From contig NC_047079.1 of NCBI RefSeq assembly GCF_902459465.1, positions 10,788,001-10,852,000 on the forward strand: 64,000 nucleotides of DNA. The letters run 5' to 3'. Of this stretch, positions 50,758 to 63,520 are shown in pieces. The notes beneath the pieces are model-generated. The model was not told where the DNA came from. It saw only the letters and a list, made by a program, of their open reading frames with translations, and made no database searches. Numbering within the stretch: position 1 is the stretch's first letter; each line of letters starts with the position of its first letter. Both the position numbers and the translations under genes were made by a program. Origin of the DNA: Asterias rubens (taxonomy: Eukaryota).

Positions 50758-52182
50758 TTAAAGGCACTGGACACGTTTGGTAATATTGTCAAAGACCAGC
50801 AGCCGATTACACGAAACGCTAATTCTATCTCAAGAAAGACCAGCAGCCGATTACACGAAACGCTAATTCTATCTCAAGTTAGGACGAGTCGTCCTAACTA
50901 GGATGGGTTCAATGTGTCCTTTTACGCCTATGGATACGGAACTTAACTCGTCCTGAAGTCCTAAGATTAACCCTAAAGTTAGGAAGAGTTTGGGGAAATT
51001 GACGGCTGGACACTTTTGGTATTGTCAAAGACCAGTATTCTCTCTTGGGTGTATCGCAACATTATACATAAAATAACAAACCTGTGAAAACTTGGGCTCA
51101 ATTGGTCTTCGAAGTTATTGCAAGAGAACAATGAAAGAAAAAACACACTTGTTGTATTACTTTGTGTGCCTCGAGACGCACAATAAAAGGTTTAATTAAG
51201 CTGAGGTCTTTTGAGAAATTACCTCTTTCTCAAAAACTACGTTTCTTCAGAGAGAACCATTTTTCACAATGTTTAACCATCAACGGCTCTCCATTTCTCG
51301 ACCAAGTAGGTTTTTATGCTAACAAACTCAATCCTTACTTAGGACTAATATTAGGACTATTAGGACGAGTCAAGTTCCGTATCCATATACGTACGGACGC
51401 ATTAGACCCATCCTAAGGGATATGGGATAAATCCTAGTGCTTCGTGAAATCATCTACAAATAAAACTCATGTTTGAAGATAGTGATGGTAGAAAGAGTCC
51501 CTTAAAATATTACTTGCTGAGGTGCTGTAGTTTTTGAGAAATGAGTAAAGCAAGTGACGAAAATTATTTAAGCATGTAAAACGTTATTGTGTGACAATGT
51601 TTTACTAATTTCTCAGAAACTACAGCACCTCGGCAAGTAATATTTTAAGGGATTTTCTCCACCATCATTATCTTCAAACTGTATGAGTTTAATGTAAATA
51701 TGTGGACATTGTGTGTTGTGTCCGACGAAAAGTACCCAGACACTTTAAAGACACTGGACACTAATGGTAATTGTCAAAGACCAGTCTTCTCACTTGGTGT
51801 ATCTCAACATGTGCATAAAATAACCAACCTGTTAAAATTTCAGCTCAATTAGTCGTCCAAGTTGCGAGATAACTATGAAAGAAAAGAACACCCTGGTCAC
51901 ACGAAGGTGTGTGCTTTCAGATGCTTGATTTTGAGACCTCAAATTCTAAATCTGAGGTCTCGAAATCAGATTCGTAGAAAATTACTTCTTTCTCGAAAAC
52001 TACTCCACTTCAGAGGGAGCGGTTACTCACAATGTTTTATACTATCATCCTCTCCCCATTACTCGTTACCAAGTTAGGTTTTATGCTAATAATTATTTTG
52101 AGTAATTACCAATAGTGTACCAAGTTAGGTTTTATGCTAATCATTATTTTGAGTAATTACCAATAGTGTCCAGTACCTTTAA
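50758..52182. mobile_element. Stack of nested and abutting MITEs
   Basis: A reversed TTAA MITE from 50758 carries CAGCCG...CGGCTG MITE pieces. A foldback element at ~51465-51745 has ~80-bp arms. A full reversed TTAA MITE at 51745-52182 has a 51-bp internal duplication. Confidence 0.7.
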
Positions 52183-54483
52183 GAACCCGTTCATACCACA
52201 CGAGTGAAATATGTATGTCTAGAGATGCAAGGGATCCTCCTATAGGATGCATATAAGATGAACTCTTGAGCACAGATGTTCTGGTGTTTTATGAATATTT
52301 GATGAGGCTCGAGGGGAAACTCACAATTCCCTTTTGAATAAATTTGTTTTTACATCCGAGGGATTGGACCATGATTGAGAAGGGAAAAGGGCGGTACTTG
52401 TTTATCGAGACTGAGTTCAAGGGGAAATTCATTAGGAAAGCAGCTGCGATTGTGGATTGTCTTGTTAAGTATTTTATGATGGAGCTGAAAGGCCCGGGCA
52501 CTTCTTCTTGTAAATGTGTTGTTAGAGTTATCTATATTATATCATGTTTTCATCGGGAACTTTTAAAATTAAAGATGGAATGCATCGTTGTTCCTGGAAG
52601 AGTTCATTGGTTGCATACGTCGCACATAGTTATGTGCAGAGTTGTGATCTACCCAACACAGCCTGTGCAGTCCAGTGGTTGGCCAACTCAATGACAGTGC
52701 TAGAAGAAGTCGGAGTTAGGGGTTCTACAATAATAATCTAAAAAGACCGAATAGTGTTTCAAGACCCTCTCGTCTTTCCCACTGCTTGCCGTAAACCTCT
52801 CGGTACGCCCCACAAAAAAATGCAACTGTTATCCCTCAATACCACACGGATCGATACGCTGTAAAACACTTCTACATGACACAGCCCTACGCTTGCATCG
52901 TCCTTGGGGACTTGGGACGAACTCGCCGTTTGATCAGTTTATGGTTCGGGTTCCAATCAATTTCATTTACGGTTTGAGTTGCGTTTTTCTTTCTAATTAT
53001 CGTGAAATGCCTATTGGATTTTGGTTTCCCGAGGGGATAATGATGCAACGAAGGACCATTGATTGAATCGTAGGATCCGTTTTCTGTAACTAATATTATA
53101 ACAAACAATGGTCAATTAATTTGACATTTTGAGCAGTAGGGTGCTCTGGTCTCTTTCCCAAACATGTGTGCACACTTTGGCTGGAAAGCAAATTTGTTCT
53201 GTGCATCAAAATTGCCACTGTCGTAGTGCTTTTCAAAGGGCAATGTTTTTTTTTTAAATTCGATTCAAAAAAGGAAATCCTCCAATAAGACATCAGGAAA
53301 ATGTTTGGTGCAGAAAAAAAAATTGCTGCTGATGGATAAAACTTCAATGATGTCATCATCATCTATAAATAACGTGTACAATTTTAGTGCCACACAATCA
53401 GCTACGGATATTCAGCGTTTCAGCCGAAGCCATACACTGCCACAGCCGTTAAGTTGGACAATTCAATGTGTATATCAAATTACTGACGTCTGGGGACACG
53501 ACCGATTTCAGCGTTAGAAATATTCCAGATTATAGATTTCAAATTAAAGTGTGACTCATTATTTTCACCGCACCAAAGCCCTCAAGCGGATTATATTCGC
53601 CAGCGTTCATACTTCGGGGCATTGTTTTGTTTAAATAACCAGCGTCTGGGGACACGACCAATTTCTATTATTAAGATGTGTGCAGAATGATGAGTGAGTC
53701 ATGCATGTTCTTAGGCCCTCAAGAGTATCAGATTCGCCAATGAAGGGGACTCTAAGGCCTTTTGTGCGTTCAGGTTACCGTCGTCTGGGAACAAGACCAA
53801 AATCAATACCCCTAGCCCTTTAACTTTAAATGTAGTAACAAGCGAGATGGGTGCATATTTGTACTTTCCAAACTCAAAAGACTGTTTGACCCAAAATGTG
53901 ATAAGCAAAGACAAAAATTGCAAAGCAAAATGGGCTACCTGTGGAAACACAGCGGAACGCACGTTGCTCGCGGCTGTCAAATGCTGCTAATTGAAATTGT
54001 TTAAGCGTTATTAAAATCGGCTCTGATGTTGTGGTGGTGTTTCTATTTCACAATCGAAGCCTCGTCCTTGTATTCACACAATCCAGGGTGAATTCACAGT
54101 CTGTGATGCATTTAAGGCGACAGAACGACAATGCCGGGCACACATTTTTTTCTTTAATGTATTTGTTTTCTTTAATTTTCCACGGCCATTCTCATGTCAT
54201 TTCTGTGGACGACAAATCACTGTCAGAATGTGTGTCATCTCTCTTGAGCGAGCATGTGCCAGAACTGTCATGAACTATTTACTTTCTTTTGGTCCATCGG
54301 GTTGTACCTGCATTAATAATTGTGTTGTCATATTTTCACTTTATCGTCTTACTCTAAAGACAGCCTATCTTTTTGGCAAAATTGAAGTAGGAGCCAAAGC
54401 ACCAATGGTCCTTTGGTGATATTTTGCCTGATAACCTTTTTTTTGTATGTTTGTGCTCGGCACCATGCAGCTCTTAAGATCAC

Positions 54484-54861
54484 TTAAAGGCAGTGGACAC
54501 TATTGGTAATTATTCAAAATAACTATTAGCATAAAACCTTACTTGGTAACGAGTCATGTGAAGAGGTTGATAGTATAAAACATTGTGAGAAACGGCTTCC
54601 TCTGAAGTAATGTAGTTTTCGAGAAAGAAGTAATTTTCCTCGAATTTGATTTCGAGACCTCAGATTTAGAAATTGAGGTCTGCATCTGAAAGCACACATC
54701 TTCGTGTGACAAGGGTGTTTTCTTCTTTCATTATTATCTTGCAACTTCGACGACCGGTTGAGCTCAAATTTTCACAGGTTTGTTATTTTGTGCATATGTT
54801 GAGATACATCAACTGTGAAGAATAGTCTTAGACAATTACCAATAGTGTCCAGTGTCTTTAA
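54484..54861 (+). mobile_element. TTAA-flanked MITE (Kolobok-like), full length
   Basis: TTAA-AGGCAGTGGACACTATTGG...CCAATAGTGTCCAGTGTCT-TTAA. Confidence 0.8.
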
Positions 54862-55210
54862 GCCCAAACCTAAGCAAATACCATATTAATGATGTAGATC
54901 AGTCTTGCTGTTTTCAATTTTTGGCGAATCAAAAATTATCAGGAACCCAGTCGCCAACGGTTCATACTATGACATGCTAGTTAAATTTGCCTGATAATCA
55001 TTTTTTGCAAGTTTTTATGCTCACACAGCTCTTGTTTGTGCTGAAGCAAGTTCTACGAAATTGGGTCCGGTATTCGCTACGACCGTATACTTCTTGTATG
55101 ACCAGACGAAGGGCTTATTAAGGCACAAACTTAAGAACTCAAAATGGCGCCTCAGAGTATCCAGCACTGGATAGATTTTCACCACTTGAGGGCTTTTTAT
55201 TAAGATCCCT

Positions 55211-55589
55211 TTAAAGACACTAGACACCTTTGGGTATCTCACAGTTAGCATTATAATAACTTACTTGGTAACGAGCAACGAAGAGATGTTGGTAGTAAAA
55301 AACATTGTGAGAAACGACTCCCTTTGAAGTGACCTAGTTTTTGTTTTTTGTTTTTTAAGATGTAGTTTTTCACTAAAATATTTGACTCTGAGAAAGACTT
55401 CAGAACACAATGTGCAAAAATTGTGTTTTTTCTTTCATTATTTTCTTGCAACTTCGATGAGTACCAATTGAGCCCAAATTTTAACAGATACTGGTCTTTG
55501 TTACGTACCAAAGGTGTCCTGCAGCCGATACGTCTATGGTTAATCCTAAGTTAGGAAGAATTTGGTGAAATTAACGACAGTGCCTTTAA
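55211..55589 (+). mobile_element. TTAA-flanked MITE with a CWG-family MITE fragment in its right TIR
   Basis: TTAA-AGACACTAGACAC...GTGTCCTG[CAGCCGATAC...GGTGAAATTAACGAC]AGTGCCT-TTAA. Confidence 0.65.
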
Positions 55590-55819
55590 AGCACAACTTA
55601 ACTCAAAATGGCGCCTGAAAGTATCCAGCCCTGGATAGATTTCCAACACTTAAGGGCTTTTTTATTATATCCCTTTAAAGGACAAAAAGGAAAGGTATTC
55701 ATCTATCTTCTTCACACCTCTTTTCAACCTCGCCTGTGAGTCACCTCCTTCCCGGGATGAGGAATGGAATTCAAGGATGAGTTTCGATCGATTGATGCAT
55801 CCTCACACCCGCACGGGCA

Positions 55820-56440
55820 TTGAAGGTTGTTTGGGGTTGGGGATGGCTTGGTACCGGTTTGCACCATTGTATAGAGGTCCTCGTCACCTGTTGTATAGTA
55901 GGCATTCTGTATTGATGCCTTAGGACTGGGGATGTGTGTTGATTTGATGTTTCTTTTTGGCGACATGATTGTTGTATTGTTGTTGGCATGTTTTGAGTGT
56001 GTGTTTGGGGGATGGGCCTACAGGAATATGAAAGGTTGGGGGGGGGGGGCTGATGGGTACTGGTTTGTTGCTCCATTGAAAGGCCCTTATGCACCTGTTG
56101 TATATAGGCATCTTGTAATAATGCCTAAGGAGTGGGGATGTGTAGATGATGCCCCTTTTTGGCGGCATGAATGTTGTATTGCTGTTGGCATGTTTTGGGG
56201 GTGTGTCCGGGGGATGGGCCTACAGGAATATGAAAGGTTGGGGGGGGGGGGGTGGGGCTGATGGGTACTGGTTTGTTGCTCCATTGTTAAGGTACTTATG
56301 CACCTGTTGTATACAGGCATCTCGTAATGATGCCTAAGGAGTGGGGATGTGTAGATGTTGCCCCTTTTTGGCGACATGCATGTTGTATTGTTGTGAGCAT
56401 GTAGGATGTGTATTCGGGGGATGAGCCTATTATGAAAGAA
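55820..56440. repeat. ~207-bp tandem repeat (about 3 copies) with poly-G tracts
   Basis: CACCTGTTGTATA recurs at 55885, 56092 and 56301. Confidence 0.85.
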
Positions 56441-57394
56441 AATGAAATTGATTTTAAAGGGGGTTTTATATCCGTGTTCGAGGTTGTTAATGGTTGTTTG
56501 TTAACGTTTGTAGTGTAGAAACTTCTGGGTCAAATTTGACCCGGATTCCAGGTCCCATCCGGGGGGGGGGGGGGCCTTGATCAATTTCTGGGTCAGGCTG
56601 ACCCGGGATCTGGTTAAAGAAGGGATTTTAATCGGGATTCTGCGTCAGTTTGACCCATTTCTCTGTCACTTTGACACAGACTCCAGGTTTTATAAACTTG
56701 GCCCGGCAGTGCATATAGTCCTACGGGACGCAGCAACTGGGTCAACTGTGGCTAGAAAACTATATGTTAAACATCCTTTTGATACTATCTTCAAAGATTT
56801 TTGTTACAATTTCTGTAAGCATTTTGTGATTGAGTATGAACGCACGGATTTAATCTCGTTCAATTTCGAAACAATCTCGCAAGCTTATAGGTGAACCTCA
56901 TTTATACAAAACATTATAGTGCGTTAGCATTTTTATTATTCACAGTTTGTCTTTCCTTAATCTACACAATGTACTCTCGCCCGTGACGAAATCGCTATAG
57001 GGGCCTTTCCTGGGACCCACTAATTTGTCACACACTCGCAATAACGGATCTCAAAGGAATAGATTTGTCACAGGGGCCCGGTCGAAACTTCTTCTTGGCT
57101 TACACACCCCTAGATTTCCCTCCCGGTGTGGAGCCGTTATTCCTCCCCGTTTTAATTTGAAGCGACTCGGTGAAACGTGATCGGTGCGTGTCCCACGGAG
57201 ACTTTTATCTCTCATTGTGATGGCAGCAAATAGAATCAATTTGAATTTGAACCCACAGCCTCCGCACTGTTTAAAGGTGGGTTATTTACGGTCGGGACGA
57301 GTTGGCATAAGGCATGGTCGGTAGAGGGCTCCGTTTTCGTGATCCTGCTGACAGCGAGAATTGCGATTAGAAGCCATTTTGTGTTACATTCATT

Positions 57395-57588
57395 GGGTGC
57401 CATACCAGTCTGCCCATTATGTTGTGGTGCAACCGGGTGCCATACTAGTCTGCCCATTGTGTTGTGGTGCAAACGGGTGCCATACTAGTCTGCCCATTGT
57501 GTTGTGGTGCAAACGGGTGCCATACTAGTCTGCCCATTGGGTTGTGGTGCAAACGGGTGCCATACTAGTCTGCCCATTGGGTTGTGGT
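57395..57588. repeat. 40-bp minisatellite, about 4.8 copies
   Basis: Unit GGGTGCCATACTAGTCTGCCCATTGTGTTGTGGTGCAAAC. Confidence 0.9.
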
Positions 57589-58268
57589 TGTGCTGCATTT
57601 TGACCAAATGGCGTCCAGCAACCTGGGGTGCGTTTGTTGGCGGTTGTTACAAATAATTATTTCGGTTGAACTGGAAATTGGTAAATCAATGGCCAATGAC
57701 CTAAACGGTTTTTTGTTACGACCGCCAAAACGGACCCAATGTGACTCGCCGAAGTAAACTGGTCCCTCCGTGTCAACTGTCTCAGTCCCTATCCCTGACT
57801 GCGTGGGTTTTCCCCTATAGGGGTTTTTCCCTCCCACGTCTAAAACTGAAACTTCTTCATTGTCTTCTTTACAAAATTTACCGCAAACCTTACTAGATCC
57901 GTTAGGATGCTTTGCCGACTACGTAATTCAGATTAAATTATTGAGATTCGGAATCCAGACTCGTTTTCAGAGTGTTTGGCCTTGACAGTGACCGTAGGCG
58001 TGACAGTGACCGTAGGCGAAAGCGGGCACTTGCAAGTTTAGACAACGGCATAAATCCCGCCATAGAGCCTATAGTTTGTTTTCCTGTTGGTAATCACTAT
58101 GACGTAATTTGAGCCGGAAGTGCCTCACAAACGAAATACACAGACGCAGTTCTCAAGCACTAACGCTTCGCGCTCATCTTTAGACTGCAACCGGAAGTAC
58201 GTCACTACTTACGCGCAGGACAGGAAGTGCCCATAAGTTTCGAAGCCTCTCAAGTTCTTTGTAATTTA

Positions 58269-58619
58269 TTAAAGGCACTGGACACTATTGCTAATTATTC
58301 AAGTTAATTTTTAGCACAAGAGCTTACTTGGTGACAGGCAATGGATAGCTGCTACTAGTATAAAACATTACGAGAAACGGCTCCCTCTGGAGTAACGTAG
58401 TTTTTGAGAAAGAGGTAATTTCTAGCTCAAACAATAAAAATACTTCATCTGATGCTTTTTATTTTTGGAGCAAGGTCTTTTTCTTTCTTTTTCTTTCTTC
58501 TCTCGCAAATTCGACGACCAATTGAGCCCATATTTTCACAGGTTTGTTAGATGCATGTTTGGGATACACCAAGTGAGAATACTGTTCTTTGACATTTACC
58601 AATAGTCCAGTGCCTTTAA
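58269..58619 (+). mobile_element. TTAA-flanked MITE (Kolobok-like)
   Basis: TTAA-AGGCACTGGACACTATTG...CCAATAGTCCAGTGCCT-TTAA. Confidence 0.78.
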
Positions 58620-59019
58620 GAGTAAGCTCTCTGATTATGCGCTGGTTACCAAGTAAGTTTTTATGCTAATTTTCTTTGAGTACTTACCAATAGCGTACAG
58701 TGTCTTTAAAGGTCAGTTTGCTCGCTCCATTACGATTGTGTAACCTATCGCTCTGTCACAGTGTTAAGTAGATATTTGTCTGCAGGGTCAAATCAATCAG
58801 GTTTGGATCATGAACGTGCTAATACATTGAAGGGGGTATTGATGGTGTTCAATTACCATTTCAATTTATGAGACGACTATCTTAGGCATGGGAGCATCCT
58901 CGAAGATCTAGAACACTGTCTCATCTGCATTTTGTAATTCCCTTTCTCACAATTGACTTTAAATTAACTTTGTTCTTTACATTTACCAATACATCAGCCA
59001 TACCTCTACACAAGACTTA

Positions 59020-59390
59020 CGATAAACCGTTTACCCTAACGTAAACTTGTGCATAAACGTTTACTTTTACGTCAGCCTTACCTTTGCATAAACCTCTACA
59101 TTTAACTTTACTAAACCTTTTCATTTACCTTTACTAGAATATCCGCACTAACGTAAACTTTTATATAAACCTTTACGTTTACCTTTAACTTTAACCTTAC
59201 ACTCAAATTAACCTCTGCCTGTTCACCTTTACATGCCTTCGTAAACATTTACATAAACCTTAACGTTTACCTTTTCTATAACCTTTTAGGTACATAAACC
59301 TAGTTAATATACCTTTACCAAACGTTTAAGTTTTAATATAGAACCCTTAAGTAACGTAAACTTTTGCATAAACTTTGAATTTAACCTCGC
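59020..59390. repeat. Decayed hexamer-type low-complexity tract (TTTACC/TAAACC/TTTACG)
   Basis: Strongly G-poor plus strand built from AAAC/TTTAC variants. Confidence 0.6.
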
Positions 59391-62300
59391 AACAAAAGAA
59401 AGGTGATTTCATAAAATGGGACTTCTTCTCAGATTCTGCGTCAGTTTGACCCATTTCTGGATCATTTTGACACAAATTACTCCGATCACACTGACCTGAA
59501 ATGGATCAGTCCCCTGAGGACACCCCGGGCTTAATTTTGACTCGGACAGTTTTAGAGTAATGAGCATTTTTCATAGTGATCAATTGGTTTTTACGCCACA
59601 TAAGATATATATTTATTGACCAAACCAACAGCGGACGAGCCGCCAACTGCAGGAAAGGATAATACACAATTAAAAATATTCATATAGCCTATATACAAAC
59701 AAAACGTATGTGTACAAAGTTAACAATTAATATAGAATCATTTTAGGAAAGAAAATTAAAGCATACATTGAAGATTAAATAAAGTAAAATTGGTAACAGA
59801 AACAAATCAGCATGAACGACTGGGGGAAAAAATATTAAAAATATATTTTAAAAGCAAATGCCTACATTAAATTATAAAATAGAATAAACAATAAAAGACA
59901 AGGGAATTTTTTTAAAAGAGTGCCCCTTTAAACATTTCTTTGATCCCTGTGTGCCGGAGTAGACACAGCCGAATACAGACCTAGAGTGCTCCTTTAAATT
60001 AAGTACCTCTCTCATGTTATCTCTACACGTAGCGTTCACTATCGATTTGTTCAGGTCGTTTCCTAACCTACATATCCAACCGTGTTTATGTCAATTTTCA
60101 TTACAAATTTGTTTCAATAATGCTTGTTTTTGCCCTGAGGCCGCACTGTGCACTTCCAATTGTCAGTGACAGAAACGGGTTATATTGATCCTTATTATAA
60201 ATAATTCCCTTTAATGAACTTTGTTAGTCGTCCTGAATCAACTCTCTTCGCTTATTGTATTCAAATTGAGGCTGGAAGGAAAACAAATAGCCAGGTCCCT
60301 TCGATGAAATGATCATACAAACTTGTATTTGTATTGCGTTATACAGGAAACCTGACCAAGATGACACAAAAGTTCCCTATTATAGACCTTTCTATTGCAA
60401 CGCCACTGCCCAATTGTTTTGCCAACCCTGGTTGGAAAACCATGGATAGAGATGCAAAGGAAACACTGTTGTATAGGATTGTGTGCTTTTAGATGCGTGA
60501 GAAAGGCTTCATGCCTGAAATGGTTCCCAGCTTTAATCTTTCGGGTGAAAAATACCTCTTTCTCTAAAATTACTTCACAGTAGGTTCATGGCCTTTAACT
60601 TGTGAAGCATACAAAAAATACACCATGCCTTGCTAAACTGACCATGAGTATTACAGAGCAATGTTTAAATCTACCAGTTTCCCCATTCACTGGAACATCT
60701 TTGATAAGTTTCGTACATTATGCACACAGCCTCTTTTGGATTGTTAACATATTCTAAGTGAAGCCCTGCTTCATGCTCATCACACCATCCTCTGGTCACA
60801 CGTGTCTGCACATCAAACTCGAGCGGAATGCCAGAGTTATTAGGCAACACTTCCCAATGCATTCAAAGATGTTTTCCCCTTGGAGTAGCGAGCTGTCTTC
60901 CGTTAGGGCTTTAGCCTTAAATAACAAAGAGTAGCCAGTGGGATGGTTGGTTTAAAGATGTTTTACAAATGGCAAAACCATGAGGCGAATGGAACTCAAG
61001 TTTAACGCAAAGGAAATGCAGAAGGGGGTACCCCTTCACCAAAATATACATTGTTAACATTCGTAGATTAAAATGTAATTCGCATTTGACAATGAAAAGG
61101 GAAAGAGGGGAGAAGCATTGTAAATATATCTCATCTTGATTCAAATATAGTGAGCATATAAGTGCTATAATAATATTTTTATTCATACAGATACAGCCAC
61201 CTATTCATATTGATTCAAAGATATTGCTTTCACTGAGCTTCAGCTTCATGCAAAACTTGACTTTTATTCGAAGAGAGTCATCGGAACATTCATACACGGA
61301 TTCGATTTCACACAGCACTAAGATTTTAAGATGAGTTGTCAGTAATGCAATAGTGATTTGTATTGTAGCATCACTTTGCTTATAGCAAAGTCAGCTAAAT
61401 TAATGTTGTAAACACGCACCCAAAATTGTTAACCTTCAAAAAGAGAGTCGATATAATGCAAAGTAGACACCTGTTACCGGTCAAAAGGGTATTTCATTCA
61501 CATTGTTCTGCCTGGTGCCCGGTAGAAGCTATTCTGCTTAGTAAAGAGTAACAGCTTGATCTGTACTTTGGGCCCAGTTCAGCCACCATAGCGATGTGTG
61601 CCTTATCTTGATTCAAGAGAGTAATAGTATCGACGTCTAATATAGCGCACGTATCTACCAAACAATGTACTCGAGGCGCTGAGGGTTTTACAAACTTTCA
61701 GAAAGATATGTTATTGCAGTGATGAATTCTGAGACCCAATTGTTCAGCACATTCTGAGGGTTTACAATGTGCGACGGCGCATACAGCAGCCACAGCCAGG
61801 AACACCGGGGCAAACCCCTTCTCTTTTCGTTGTGCACTGGGTTCTTTTACATGCGTTACAACACAACACATGGGACCAACGGCTTTACGTCCTATCCGAA
61901 GAGTACAGCACCATTGTCCTTGGGGTGATCTGTGTGCAAATAGAGTTAGCAGACATCTTTAAAGAAAGAACAGTGTATGACCGTCTCCCGTGGGTCCTCG
62001 CCCCTCCTCCACGGGCATTGCAATCTACCTTATCATATGCAGACACTGGTAATTCGAAGCTTACCAAAACACCAGCCAACATTCATGACTAGAATCTAAA
62101 TGCGATCCGAAGAGTTCTTTAATTCTCTCTTTTTGTCCTATCTGGGGTACGTGAATGCTGGTGCATTTTAATGAAGTTGTTACTCCCTACCGTATTCCGT
62201 GCTGACCTGTTTTTCCCCGCAAGTTGGCTTACGATGTATAATAGATAAAATGGAGATATCAGCTATCTACTTGCGCCATGATATCTTGCGTTGGGTTTTA

Positions 62301-62685
62301 CCCACTGACTGCCCGTTGATGTAAACCCGTATTGTAATGTAATCCCACCCGTGGTCGGTTTCATGTGTACACGTGTGGCTTACGTTGGTTTACATGGCAA
62401 AGTACTTGCAAATTGCATTCCGTAATGGTAACGTACACAGAACACGCGCATTATACAAAATTCAACTGTTATTGGACGTACTGTAAACGTATACTCTATA
62501 CAAATATCCGGGTGGAATTCACCCGGACCCAGGTCTCGTGTTCTGTATGGTCCGGAGTCTGTGTCGAAATGACACAGCAATGTTAATGCGATTAATCCGA
62601 GTAACACTAAAAGTCCGGTTTTTAAAACCATTTTCCGGGTCAGCCTGACCCAGAATCAGGTCAGGAACCCTGGTATCTGGAACCG

Positions 62686-62843
62686 ATGGCCCTTTTCGAA
62701 TCTATGGCTTCAGATTCGTCTTCAGGCTCCGTTCTCTCGTCTGAAGCCGTGTGCAGTGTGCACGTACGCAAAGCAAAACAACCGCAGGGCCAAGCTAGCC
62801 TGAGCCGAATCTGGAACCGAAGCCGTTATTTCGAAAAGGGCCA
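62686..62843. mobile_element. Small MITE with GGCCC termini
   Basis: ATGGCCCTTTTCGAA...TTCGAAAAGGGCCAT terminal inverted repeats. Confidence 0.6.
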
Positions 62844-63520
62844 TAGTCAATTCTGACCCGAGGTTTACGGCTATTTGCTCTCGGTCAGTATATAATGAGC
62901 AAAACGTAAATTTTGTAACACTGGTTCTTTTAGAGAACCACCACAACTCACAAGAAATGAATGTTTTATTTTGAGGTAAAATATGTTTTAGGCGGTATTA
63001 TGTCGGGTAACTGAGTAGATAACTGGACGAAATTTGTGTCAAATCTTGAGCAAAAAATGTGGCAACTGTGCGAATTCAGTGATAAGGAGCCTCCACTGTA
63101 CAAATTGGACTCCTCGCTCCTCATAAAATCACTCCTAAATATAAAACCCACCAGCGGCAAAGTAAATATTTGAATAGTCCGATGGGACAGCTCTCCCACT
63201 CAACATGTCGTTCAGGCAAGTCACTTGAAATACAGAATATTTCCCCCACTCTTCAAAGAAGAAGTATTGATGACCTTTTCATCACCAAACTGGTAAAACC
63301 GGTTGTTTGTTGTCCGCCAAACAATCCGGGCTTTAGATTTCCCTCGTGCCCCTCTCTCTGCCCGGTGATTATGTGCATATCCTCCCGGCAACCCTGGCAC
63401 GATGGAGGGTCTCCATCGGGAGTCCAGGCAGGATCGGGATCGATGGCGTGATCACCCTAGGGATCGACTCATCCGGTATTATGTGCGGAGTTTTCTTAGC
63501 GTAGTTTTTTTTTTCTTCTT

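Noticed and set aside
55724-56377. Several 60-110-aa ORFs on both strands
   Set aside because: By-products of the 207-bp tandem repeat.
57395-57588. CRISPR array, or coding repeat (ORF 57236-57472)
   Set aside because: Contiguous 40-bp units with no spacers: a plain minisatellite.
59900-60120. LINE reverse-transcriptase C-terminal remnant on the minus strand
   Set aside because: Only a vague FGCVYSGT resemblance, with stops nearby; not supportable without a search.
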